64,000 nt of DNA. Source: Dehalococcoidia bacterium (GTDB lineage: Bacteria; Chloroflexota; Dehalococcoidia; Lucifugimonadales; UBA2962). Of this stretch, positions 9,961-20,491 are shown one piece after another. Each line of letters starts with the position of its first letter. The stretch's first letter is position 1. The position numbers and the translations under genes were made by a program. Under the pieces are notes generated by a model. That model saw nothing but the letters and a program-made list of their open reading frames with translations. It had not been told where the DNA came from and ran no database searches. Where the stretch lies: assembly GCA_965116605.1 (NCBI GenBank), contig OZ220697.1:1852766-1916765 (forward strand), read 5' to 3'.

Positions 9961-10551
9961 ATGACGGGGAGACGGGAGCTGGCTATATTCCTGGTGCCCG
10001 CAGCGGTTCTCATCCTCGTAGTAGTCGGCGTCGTCGCCTTACTGATCGTCCGATCGGGTGAAGCGGCCCAGCCCACGGTAGGTTTGACAGCCGCGGCCAC
10101 CCTGGAATCACCGGCCGGCGAGTACATGGGAACCGTCACGTTCCGGCAGGCCGCCTCCGGGGTCTTGATCATGGCCGACGTGAAGGGACTGGCCCCGGGC
10201 GGCCACGCATTCATAATCCACGAGACCGGCTCGTGCACGCCTCACTTCAGTGCCGCCGGCGACCACTTCAACCCGGGTGATACTGAGCATGGCTTTGTCC
10301 ATTCGAGCTGGAAGCGCGGCGAATCGGGTCAGGGACACAGCGGCGACCTGCCCAATATCTACGCCGCCTCTGACGGTTCTGCTCGAGCCGACTTTTTTAC
10401 CTCTGGTATCACCTTGGAGATGGGCCCGGGCCATTCCGTATTCGACGATGACGGGTCGGCCATCATCGTGCACGAGAATCCGGATGCATACGGTGAAGAG
10501 GAGTCGGATACCGGTATCCGCCTGGCCTGTGGGGTCATCAAGGGCACCTAG
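9961..10551 (+). CDS. sodC: Cu/Zn superoxide dismutase, membrane-anchored or secreted
   Basis: N-terminal TM segment. HAFIIHETGSC, GDHFNP, GHSGDLPN, IIVHENPD, and C-terminal RLACGVI. A strong SD (GGAGGAGG) precedes the ATG. Confidence 0.9.
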   Translation: MTGRRELAIFLVPAAVLILVVVGVVALLIVRSGEAAQPTVGLTAAATLESPAGEYMGTVTFRQAASGVLIMADVKGLAPGGHAFIIHETGSCTPHFSAAGDHFNPGDTEHGFVHSSWKRGESGQGHSGDLPNIYAASDGSARADFFTSGITLEMGPGHSVFDDDGSAIIVHENPDAYGEEESDTGIRLACGVIKGT

Positions 10552-10701
10552 AAGTTCCCGCGGCGTCGGACGGAGTGGGAAGCGATAGGGCCCCCGGATG
10601 GGGAAAGGGCAACGACAGGCGCTTTGAGGCCACGGGCTGCCCATCGCAGAGCACCCGCGGCGAATGGGCAGGGGTCAGCCGTGCCCGGCTACCGACGCAC
10701 C

Positions 10702-11133
10702 TCAGAGGCAACCGGTAGCCGCCCAGGCCGACACCCGCGCCGGCACAAGCCTGATCACGAGGGCGTCATCCCCGAGTAGGGTCCGGTACTGCTCGTATTT
10801 CGCGCGGAGGGCCCGCACTGCGCGCATTCGCTCGTCCTCACCCTCCACGACCGAGGCAGTAGCCCGTACCAGCAGGTAGGACAGGTTGTCCCACTCCTCC
10901 TCGTAGTGATCTATCAGCAGCGCAACCTGCGGGTTCTGAGATATGTTCCTTACCCGCCGGAGCCTGGCGGGGGACGCAGCCTTGGGCTTAAGGTCGATCG
11001 CCGTGTAGAAGCTGCCCTGCTCGTATGCGAAGCAGACCGGCACTATGTGCGGGCGCCCGCGTTCGTCAGCCGTGGCCAGCCGTGCCACCCTGGCACGTGC
11101 TAGGTATCGTTCCTGCTCGGGTGTGATAGTCAT
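10702..11133 (-). CDS. Pyridoxamine-5'-phosphate-oxidase-fold protein (F420/FMN-binding split-barrel family)
   Basis: 143 aa. ARVARLATADERGRPHIVPVCF...DxKPK is typical of the PPOX-class, probably F420-dependent, enzymes. Confidence 0.7.
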   Translation of the reverse strand: MTITPEQERYLARARVARLATADERGRPHIVPVCFAYEQGSFYTAIDLKPKAASPARLRRVRNISQNPQVALLIDHYEEEWDNLSYLLVRATASVVEGEDERMRAVRALRAKYEQYRTLLGDDALVIRLVPARVSAWAATGCL

Positions 11134-11344
11134 CTCGGTTTGCCATCGGGGCCCTGTGGCCGATCTATCCGCAGGGAATTAACAGTGAGGGCATGTCCGT
11201 CTCGGCGGTTGCCTCGGGGCGGCGCTCGGTGGACGGTCCTGGAAGGGCTGAACGGCGGCGTTCCAAGATGCGACTGCTGGGTTACACCCGCCCGCACCGG
11301 TAACACGGGCCTCCGAGCCAATGGGCGGGCCCGGGCTGTTAGCG

Positions 11345-12145
11345 CTAAGCCGGCTGCCAGATGCGCCGGCCGTCCGAGCGCACGAACGAGCCGTACCCCG
11401 GGGCCGGGAAGTGACCGGACTGCACGAGCACGGCTCCTTCCTCCAGCTCGTCGAGTACCTTGTGCCGGGTCGTGCGAGCCAGGTCGGGATCGACGTCGAA
11501 GGCGGGGCTCCAGTTCGCGTAGTGCGCCTGCGCGGGGCTGTGAGCCACATCTCCAAGCACAAAGCCTCGCTGTCCCTTCGAGGAGATCGAGACAGAGATG
11601 TGGCCCGGCGTGTGACCGGGCGTGGGGACGGTCTTGAGCTCCGGTGTCACATCGTATTCGCCATCGATAAGGTCGAGCACGCGCGCCTCGTCGAGCGGAA
11701 CGACGCTCTCGGTGACGTGGGGGGCATTCTCGATCACCCCGGGGCTGGTCCAGTATTCCCAGTCACTTCTGGGTACCAGATATCGAGCATTTGGAAACGT
11801 GGGGCTCCCGTTGGTGAGGTTCCAGCCCACGTGATCAGGGTGCAGGTGCGTGGTCACGACCAGATCGACGGCTTCCCGATCTATTCCCTTAGCCGCCATG
11901 TCGCCGAGCAGGGCTCCGTCGGGGCCGTTCATTCCCGTGTCGATGACCACCAGCCTGCCCGAGGAGCGAAGCGCCACCGAACCGAAGCGGGGATGTATAA
12001 GGTCGCCGTCGAGCAGTTCGGGGTACTCCGACCTCCAGATGTCGATCGCACTTGCCGGAAAGACGTCGGTGGCCACACCCTCCCCCTGACCGTCGGTCAG
12101 CGAGACCATCTCCACGTCTCCCACTTTGGCCCGGTAATCGCCCAT
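11345..12145 (-). CDS. MBL-fold metallo-hydrolase
   Basis: THLHPDHVGW (HxHxDH) metal motif, with downstream PTPGHTPGH. Confidence 0.8.
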   Translation of the reverse strand: MGDYRAKVGDVEMVSLTDGQGEGVATDVFPASAIDIWRSEYPELLDGDLIHPRFGSVALRSSGRLVVIDTGMNGPDGALLGDMAAKGIDREAVDLVVTTHLHPDHVGWNLTNGSPTFPNARYLVPRSDWEYWTSPGVIENAPHVTESVVPLDEARVLDLIDGEYDVTPELKTVPTPGHTPGHISVSISSKGQRGFVLGDVAHSPAQAHYANWSPAFDVDPDLARTTRHKVLDELEEGAVLVQSGHFPAPGYGSFVRSDGRRIWQPA

Positions 12146-12237
12146 TTGACCCCTCCGATGGGGCGTCCATTCTATACTGGTCTCCGATGTCCGTCGACGC
12201 GGACGGCGAACCCTAGCACAGGAGCAACAAGACTCGC

Positions 12238-13296
12238 ATGCATCCCTTCGGAGACGGCGCTGTCCGGCTCACAAGCCTGGCCTCATGCGCTGGTTGAGCG
12301 TCCAAGTTCAGTCCTGAAGACCTGGCGCAGGTGCTGCGCCAGCTGCCACCGGTAAGCGATCCCGACCTGCTTGTAGGCTTGTCGACGAGCGACGACGCCG
12401 CCGTCTATCGCCTGCGGCCGGACCTGGCCCTGGTCCAGACCATCGACTTTTTCCCGCCCATAGTCGACGATCCGTTTTCCTTCGGGGAGATAGCGGCGGC
12501 CAACGCCCTCAGCGACGTGTACGCGATGGGAGGCACTCCCCTCCTCGGACTTAACGTGGTCGCGTTCCCGGCCGACCATCCCAAGCAGGTGCTGTCCGAG
12601 ATACTCAGGGGCGGCGCATCCAAGGCCGGAGAGGCCGGGGTGCTGATCGTGGGCGGGCACACGGTAGACGACAAGGAACCCAAGTACGGCCTGGCGGTGA
12701 CGGGCACGGTGACGCCGGGCCGACAGATCACCAATGCCGGGGCCCGGCCGGGTGATGTCCTTATTCTCACAAAGCCCATCGGCACCGGCGTCATAACGAC
12801 CGCCGGCAAGGCCGAGGCAGTCGACGCCTCGGTACTTTCCGGTGCCGTGGACACCATGAGAGCGCTAAACGCCGGCGCCTCCCGGGCGATGGTCGCATCG
12901 CGCGCGCATGCATGCTCTGACGTGACCGGCTTCGGCCTCGTCGGACACCTTCGTGAGGTGGCGCAGGCCAGTGGCCTCACGGGATGCATCGAATCGGGGA
13001 ACGTGCCCCTGCTTGCCGGGGCCAGGGAGCTCGCTGAAGCCGGGTACGCGCCCGGCGGCTCGCGCCGCAACCTGGAGTCGGTCGACGCCTCGACCGCGTG
13101 GGCCGACGCGGTCGACCCCACGATGAGGCAGCTGCTCGCCGACGCGCAGACCTCCGGAGGACTGCTGATTGCGATCGCGCCGGCGGACCTGGACGAGCTG
13201 GCGGCCAACCTCGAGAGAGAAGGCGTGGCCGGGTGGGCGGCGATAGGTGAGTTAGTCGACCACGACGACGGGGACCCGTGGGTGATCGTGAATTGA
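12238..13296 (+). CDS. selD: Selenide, water dikinase (selenophosphate synthetase), selenocysteine-containing; in-frame UGA at 12295-12297
   Basis: My manual translation from the ATG at 12238 gives MHPFGDGAVRLTSLASCAGUASKFSPEDLAQVLRQLPP, which joins the track ORF at 12331. AGUASKFSP aligns with E. coli SelD AGCGCKISP, putting Sec in place of Cys17 with Lys20 conserved. The rest of the protein is typical SelD (DDAAVY, DFFxPIVDDPxxFGxIAAANAxSDVYAMGG). Confidence 0.9.
12322..12342 (+). promoter_or_regulatory. SECIS-like hairpin downstream of the selD UGA
   Basis: Perfect inverted repeat CTGGCGCAG-GTG-CTGCGCCAG (9 bp, or 8 bp with a GGUGC loop). It starts 27 nt after the U of UGA and has G/U in the apical loop. 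Confidence 0.55.
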
Positions 13297-13350
13297 CCCT
13301 CTCCCTTGCACCGGCAAGGTACGTCGCCCGGCCCCGGATCAAATGGCCCA

Positions 13351-15060
<1,710 letters not shown>

Positions 15061-15104
15061 CAGGGGCTATCGGAGCCTTTGCCCCTCCCCGGCAGAGGCA
15101 GGTC

Positions 15105-15629
15105 CTAGGTCGGCTGTGGTGTACCCAGGCCCTCGGCCCGGTACATGGCGGTATTGCGGACGTATATGTCTCGGTAGCCGCGTATGCGGGCCACATCGTC
15201 GTCCCGGACCTCGCGCCTGACGCGGGCGGGAAGACCGGTGACCACCGACCGCGGCGGTATGTCCATCCCATCGACAACCATTGCGCCGGAGGCCACCAGA
15301 CTGTCTTCGCCAACCAGCACGCCGTCGTTGACGATGCACCCGTTGCCAAGCAGCACGCGGTCTCCGATCACGCGCCCGTGGCAAAGGACCCGGTGGCCGA
15401 TCACGACATCGTCACCGATCTCAACGTCGGCGTCTCCATGGACCACCGAGTTGTCCTGGATGCAGGTATTCTTTCCGATCACGACCGTGCCCGAATCGCC
15501 CCTTATCACGGTGCCCGGCCACACGCTCGATCCCTCGCCTATCACCACGTCGCCAACCACGTAGGCGAATTCGCTGACGAAGGCCCCGGGGTGGATCCTG
15601 GGCGTCTTTCCGTTGATGCTACGAATCAT
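15105..15629 (-). CDS. Gamma-class carbonic anhydrase / hexapeptide-repeat (LbH) family protein
   Basis: FVSEFAYVVGDVVIGEGSSVWPGTVIRGD... left-handed beta-helix repeats. Length is about 174 aa. Confidence 0.85.
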   Translation of the reverse strand: MIRSINGKTPRIHPGAFVSEFAYVVGDVVIGEGSSVWPGTVIRGDSGTVVIGKNTCIQDNSVVHGDADVEIGDDVVIGHRVLCHGRVIGDRVLLGNGCIVNDGVLVGEDSLVASGAMVVDGMDIPPRSVVTGLPARVRREVRDDDVARIRGYRDIYVRNTAMYRAEGLGTPQPT

Positions 15630-15856
15630 CTGTCGTGTTCCTGCGCTCGCATTGCATTTCCCTGAGACCGCGCGGCAGATCCGGTGCCAACGGACGGACC
15701 GCGGAGGCAGCCGTCAGCGGCCTGAATTGAACGTCCGCAGCCCTTCATTGTCAATGCCCCGCCCACCTGTTCCGCACCCGGCGCGTCACCTGTATACATG
15801 CCGACAGTGACTAATCGGCTGCGCCGCTCGGGGGATCGGCCGTGCTATTCTGAATC

Positions 15857-16567
15857 ATGGGCCCGTGCCAGGTGCGAAAGCGGCCGCGTGCTGCGGGACC
15901 CTTGAGCATCGTGGTGACTACTTCGCCCTCCCATCCAAGGTCGACCCCGGCCCTTCGATTTTTCCTTGCAGCGCTTGTCGTCCTGGCGGCGCTGCTCGCC
16001 GCGCTTACCGCGGCATGCTCTGACGGGTCAACCGACGCCACCGTTGCGGAAACACCGACGGCGGCCCCCGTCGATGCGGACCCCTCACCAGTCGCGGCCG
16101 AGACGCCCGCGGACTCCGGAGAGGCGGACGTTGATGGCGGGCTCGAGGGCGAAGATGAGACGGCCGTCGTCGCCGAGGAGGACGAAGGGCCGGCTGTGGA
16201 CGTCCTATTCGACTACCTGCAGGCTGTGGGCCTGCTCAACGCAGGTATGTACAAGGAGGCGGTGGGTCGCTACAACGTCGTCCTGCGCATTCACCCGGAC
16301 CTGTACCTTGCCTACCGCGGCCGGGCGCTCGCCTACTACAACGAGGACCTGTTCGACCTAGCGCTCGAGGACTTTGACAGAGCGATCGAGATAAAGCCCG
16401 ACTACGCCGAGGCGCTGCGAGACCGGGGCGTGATGATGGCCAACCAGGGCCGCCACAGGGAGGCCCGCAGGGATCTCGAGAGGGCGGTGGAAATCTACCG
16501 CGAAAAGGGTGACCTGGTCGGGATGTCAGAGGCCCTGACACAGCTTCAGCGCCTGCCGGGCGGCTAA
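15857..16567 (+). CDS. TPR-repeat lipoprotein with an acidic linker; start uncertain
   Basis: Signal/lipobox-like LLAALTAAC, an acidic low-complexity region, and TPR repeats (AYRGRALAYYNEDLFDLALEDFDRAIEIKPDYAEA). Confidence 0.6.
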   Translation: MGPCQVRKRPRAAGPLSIVVTTSPSHPRSTPALRFFLAALVVLAALLAALTAACSDGSTDATVAETPTAAPVDADPSPVAAETPADSGEADVDGGLEGEDETAVVAEEDEGPAVDVLFDYLQAVGLLNAGMYKEAVGRYNVVLRIHPDLYLAYRGRALAYYNEDLFDLALEDFDRAIEIKPDYAEALRDRGVMMANQGRHREARRDLERAVEIYREKGDLVGMSEALTQLQRLPGG

Positions 16568-16633
16568 CTCTCGACAGCCTCTTTCTGGCTGTCGGCGTGG
16601 GGCAGGCAGGGCCGAGAGAATTCTCCCTATCGG

Positions 16634-17161
16634 TCAGGGCCCGCGGCGGCCGATCAACTGCGCGACGCGCTCGTAGTCCTGAGCCGCCCCCTCCCTGTCT
16701 CCCAGGGCCCACCTGGCCATCGCGCGGTGGTTGTACGCGAACCAGTATCCAGGGTCGATCTCGATTGCCCTTGTGAAATCGGCGACGGCGGCCTCGTAGT
16801 CGTAGGCATCGGACCGCGTCATCCCGCGGTTGTTAAAGGCCTCCCGGTAACCGGGGGACAGCTCGATGGCCCTGTCAAAGTCGGCAATGGCTTCCTCCGG
16901 CCGCTGGAGCCTGCGGTAGGCTACACCCCGGTTGTTGTAGGCCATGGCGTCGGACGGCTCCAGCTCGATCGCAATCGTCAGGTCCCGAACCGCCTCCTCG
17001 AAGTTGCCTCCGTCAAGATAGTGGCTTCCGCGCATCATGTAGGCCCGTCTATCCCTCGGGTCTCTTTCTATGGCGGCCGTCATCTCCAGGACCACGTTCG
17101 ATACGTAGTCGCGGTCACTGATGCGGCTCTTGTTGACGTCGTCGATCTCGTTCAAGGTCAC
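16634..17161 (-). CDS. TPR-repeat protein
   Basis: Four to five consecutive TPR units (AYNNRGVAYRRLQRPEEAIADFDRAIELSPGY...). Confidence 0.7.
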   Translation of the reverse strand: MTLNEIDDVNKSRISDRDYVSNVVLEMTAAIERDPRDRRAYMMRGSHYLDGGNFEEAVRDLTIAIELEPSDAMAYNNRGVAYRRLQRPEEAIADFDRAIELSPGYREAFNNRGMTRSDAYDYEAAVADFTRAIEIDPGYWFAYNHRAMARWALGDREGAAQDYERVAQLIGRRGP

Positions 17162-17201
17162 TCCTGTAAGATGTTACCGAATCAAGCAAGGGGGCTATCC
17201 G

Positions 17202-17783
17202 ATGGTCAACCCGGTCGATCCCAACAGGATTCTGCTGACTGGCGAGAATTCATTCATACGACTGAAGGAAGGGGAGGCGGGCCCCGATACGACGCGCGCC
17301 AGCCACTGGCGGATACTCAGGTCCCCCGGGGGTCCCGGCCACGTCCTGTTCCTGCAGAGCGATCTCATCGACGGCGAGGTGCGCATCTACACCGACAACA
17401 TCGCCATGACCCGCTGGCTGCAGTCGGAGATCGAGTCGGTGCTCTTCCCGGCCTTCGCGGACGAATCTATCCCGGTGGTCGACTCCGAGTTCGGCAAGTC
17501 GGGCGATGGAGTCAACTGGTGGACCGAATCTGTGGACTCCCTGGAGGAATCGCTGGTGCTGACCTGGTACGACATCGGCGAACCGTTCATGCTGAGCGTG
17601 GCCCCGGGAGGGATGGAAGGTAACCCCCACGGGGTCTACTCGTGCCTCATTCCCTGCTCGCGCGCGCAACTCACCCTCAACGGTGAGGCCGCGGCGGGCA
17701 GTCCATTCCCCGAGATGCTCGGCAGCCTCCAGACCAGCACAGCCTGCCTCGCCTGGTCCGAGACCTGGACCCACCCGCGCTGA
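17202..17783 (+). CDS. Hypothetical protein (193 aa), with no recognisable motif
   Basis: Long ORF with compositionally normal sequence. AAGGGGG lies upstream of the ATG at 17202. The track ORF (from 17121) overlaps the divergent TPR gene. Confidence 0.45.
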   Translation: MVNPVDPNRILLTGENSFIRLKEGEAGPDTTRASHWRILRSPGGPGHVLFLQSDLIDGEVRIYTDNIAMTRWLQSEIESVLFPAFADESIPVVDSEFGKSGDGVNWWTESVDSLEESLVLTWYDIGEPFMLSVAPGGMEGNPHGVYSCLIPCSRAQLTLNGEAAAGSPFPEMLGSLQTSTACLAWSETWTHPR

Positions 17784-17903
17784 TGCACTGAAGGAGGGGC
17801 GGCATCCCTCCGCCCCGCAAGGCCCGGGTTGCGGTAGTGCACTTCGCCCGGGGACGGCCGTCTCCCGTCGGGGGAGCCGCCGACAGGTCGGCTGCGCTCT
17901 GGA

Positions 17904-19649
17904 TCACTTCTGGAAGACGGCTATCTCCGCCTTGTAGCCAATGTCCAGCGAGCCCGCGCTCTCTGAGTCGGGCAGCGGCTCCAGAGAGGCGAGGGCAACG
18001 AAATAGGCCCCTCCGGGAGTTCCGATCGTGGGATCGACCTGGTCGCCCTGTAGTGTGAGGGACAGTTCCCCGACGTCCTGACCGAACCAGGCGATGTGGA
18101 CCTTGATGGTCGCCTGGCCGGCGGTCGGGCACTCCGCATCGAGCGGACAGCGCGAGTCCTCAACCACCTCAAGGAAGGTGACGGTCAATCCATCGCCCTT
18201 TGACGGGCTCGCCATGCGCTCGCCCACCTCCAGGCGCACAAGGGTGCCCAGGGATGCGACCGTGACCTCCTCGCCATCCACCGCGTCGATGACCTCTCCG
18301 GAGAATGCGAACTGCGATGCGTCCCTGCCGCTGGTTCGAGAGCCGCCGACAGGGGTTGGCGTGGCCTGCTCTTCGGCGACGGCCTCGGCCGGCTCTACTC
18401 CCACCAGGGTCGATTCGGAGCCGCGGACACCGGTTGCGCACGCGCCTTCAGACGCAAAGGCGCCGTGGGTAAAGACCTCCGCGTTGATGGTCACGCTGTC
18501 CGTGCTCTGACCACCCACGATCAGGACACTACCATCGGCAAGGACCGTTGCGGTATGCCTGTAGCGCGTCTCCTCCATCGAGCCGGCGTCGTACCAGGTG
18601 TCGGTGGCGGGATCGTAGATCTCCGCGGTGGCCTTGTTTCCCAGGCTACCGATCACCAGGACTCGCCCGTCGGCAAGCACCGTGGCCGTGTGCTCGGCCC
18701 TGCCCTCGGCCATCTCGCCGGCGGGCGACCACTCCCCGGTCTGGGGGTCATAGATCTCGGCCGTCTGGCGGAGCTGGGAGTCGACGTCCGGGACCGGCTC
18801 ACCCTTCCCGCCGACCACGAGTACCCGGCCATCGGACAGGAGCGTCGCCGTGTGAAGGATGCGGGGAAGGCGCATCGAGCCGACCTGCGTCCATGTGTCC
18901 GCCAAGGGGTCGTAGACCTCGGCGGTGGCCAGGAACGGTCCCTCGGGCTTGCCACCCCCTGCGACCAGCACCCTCCCGTCCTGGAGGAGAGTGGCTGTGT
19001 GAATCGAGCGGGCCTGGCTCATCGGCGCGGCCTCCGTCCACTCGCCGCTGGCCGGATCGAATATCTCCGTGGAGCTCTGCTCACGCAGGTTCTTGTTCTT
19101 GCCGCCCGTGTACAGAACGCGGCCGTCGCTCAGCAGCACCGCCGCACCGCGCTCCCTGCCGGTCGACATCTTGCCTGTCGCCGACCACTCGCCCGTCTCC
19201 GGGTCGCGTACCTCCGTCGCCTTGGGAGGCTCCAGCTGCACGTCCGTTCCACCTGCCGCCAGGATGCTGCCATCGCCGAGGCTGATAAGAGTGAAGAACT
19301 CTCGCTCCTGACCCATGTCCCCGGACGGGCTCCACTGGCCGGTCGACGGATCGTAGATCTCGGAATGCGGGAACAGCCGCGGCCAGCGGGCTCCTCCCTT
19401 ACCCCTTCCACCGACTACCAGCACCTTGCCATCCTCGAGCATCAGGGCCGAATGCGATGATCTCTCGTTCGCCATGATCGTCTCGAGCCGGGCAAATTCC
19501 CCGAATGTCTCGCAGTCCGTCTGCTCGACCACCTGCTCAATCTGGCCACCGGCATCACCGGGCGGCCGGTCCTCGGCGGCCGGCTGGTTGGAGCAAGCGG
19601 CGACCAGGGCCGCCGCCGCGGCAATGACAAGAGCTATGGTTCCCTTCAA
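17904..19649 (-). CDS. Kelch-repeat lipoprotein with a C-terminal Cys-containing beta-rich domain
   Basis: Lipobox AALVAAC. At least six DGRVLV(V/I)GG...YDP..(D/G)(T/E)W Kelch units. The C-terminal roughly 170 aa contain EDSRCPLDAECP. Confidence 0.75.
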   Translation of the reverse strand: MKGTIALVIAAAAALVAACSNQPAAEDRPPGDAGGQIEQVVEQTDCETFGEFARLETIMANERSSHSALMLEDGKVLVVGGRGKGGARWPRLFPHSEIYDPSTGQWSPSGDMGQEREFFTLISLGDGSILAAGGTDVQLEPPKATEVRDPETGEWSATGKMSTGRERGAAVLLSDGRVLYTGGKNKNLREQSSTEIFDPASGEWTEAAPMSQARSIHTATLLQDGRVLVAGGGKPEGPFLATAEVYDPLADTWTQVGSMRLPRILHTATLLSDGRVLVVGGKGEPVPDVDSQLRQTAEIYDPQTGEWSPAGEMAEGRAEHTATVLADGRVLVIGSLGNKATAEIYDPATDTWYDAGSMEETRYRHTATVLADGSVLIVGGQSTDSVTINAEVFTHGAFASEGACATGVRGSESTLVGVEPAEAVAEEQATPTPVGGSRTSGRDASQFAFSGEVIDAVDGEEVTVASLGTLVRLEVGERMASPSKGDGLTVTFLEVVEDSRCPLDAECPTAGQATIKVHIAWFGQDVGELSLTLQGDQVDPTIGTPGGAYFVALASLEPLPDSESAGSLDIGYKAEIAVFQK

Positions 19650-19760
19650 ATCTTCCCCCAGGTCTATCTCGAGTCGGTCGTCACGTTGAGAAGCGCCCTC
19701 AAGGTGTCGCCGGTTTCCGGCCGAGAAGGATATCAGCAGCCACGGTATGAACGCCCCCCA

Positions 19761-20375
19761 TCACGCGAAGGCCTCACCGACCACGTTGGGAAATGCCAGC
19801 GGGGTGCCAAATCGAATGCTGAAGCGCTCCACCGTGAGGGCGGTGAATCCGGCCTGTCTCACCGCCGCCTCAACGTCCCGGTCCAGGTGGCATCCGGCCA
19901 CGAGACGCTTCCACACCGGGTTGAGACCGGCCTGAAGGGCCCTTCCCGCACTTCCCCTGGCAACCACATGCTCGTAGAACACGAACCTGCCGCCGGGCCG
20001 CAGCACGCGCCTTATTTCGGCGGCGACCGCGTCCAGATCGGCGACCGAGCACAGCACCAGCGTTGTAAGCACCGTGTCGAAGCTCCCATCCGGGAACGGC
20101 ATCTGCTCCCCGGATTCCTCAACGACGTCGATTGGACGGCCCAGCTTGGTGGCACGGCGCCGCAGGCGACGCGCCATGTGGGGGTTCGGCTCCAGGAATG
20201 TCAGCCTCGCCTGCGGAGGGAAGAAGGGCAGATTCGAGCCCGTTCCGCCACCGACCTCGAGCACCTGACCACTGACAGTGCCCGCCGTGGCCCGCCTGTA
20301 GCGAGCTATCCGCCACTCCACCGACGCGTTTAAGAGATCGTAGCCTGCGGCAAACAGCCACTGCTGAAAGGACAT
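19761..20375 (-). CDS. Class I SAM-dependent methyltransferase
   Basis: Motif I VLEVGGGTGSN, and the post-I/II region PFPDGSFDTVL. Confidence 0.8.
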   Translation of the reverse strand: MSFQQWLFAAGYDLLNASVEWRIARYRRATAGTVSGQVLEVGGGTGSNLPFFPPQARLTFLEPNPHMARRLRRRATKLGRPIDVVEESGEQMPFPDGSFDTVLTTLVLCSVADLDAVAAEIRRVLRPGGRFVFYEHVVARGSAGRALQAGLNPVWKRLVAGCHLDRDVEAAVRQAGFTALTVERFSIRFGTPLAFPNVVGEAFA

Positions 20376-20491
20376 CGAACAAGTTTATCCGGTGCCGGCA
20401 GTCCCCGGCCCGGAGGCAGGCGGCGGCCGAACGTCGCAGGCGATACAATCAAGGTGTAGGGATCTCGGTCCTGCTCGGGAGACAAGATGGT

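Noticed and set aside
9778-9963. Possible UGA read-through joining the NUDIX gene (stop TGA at 9778) to sodC, which is in the same frame
   Set aside because: Continuing the frame past the TGA hits a TAA near 9918 before sodC. The intervening peptide has no homology pattern, and sodC has its own strong SD and ATG.
10637-10671. Inverted repeat CTGCCCAT-19 nt-ATGGGCAG between the convergent sodC and PPOX genes, as a terminator
   Set aside because: It is a plausible transcript-end hairpin but has no U-tract on either strand, so it is not reported as a feature.
15791-15798. The perfect palindrome TGTATACA within the inverted repeat GTCAC...GTGAC upstream of the TPR lipoprotein gene, as a possible operator
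   Set aside because: It is short, occurs only once, has no adjacent regulator gene and no recognisable promoter context. The evidence is insufficient.
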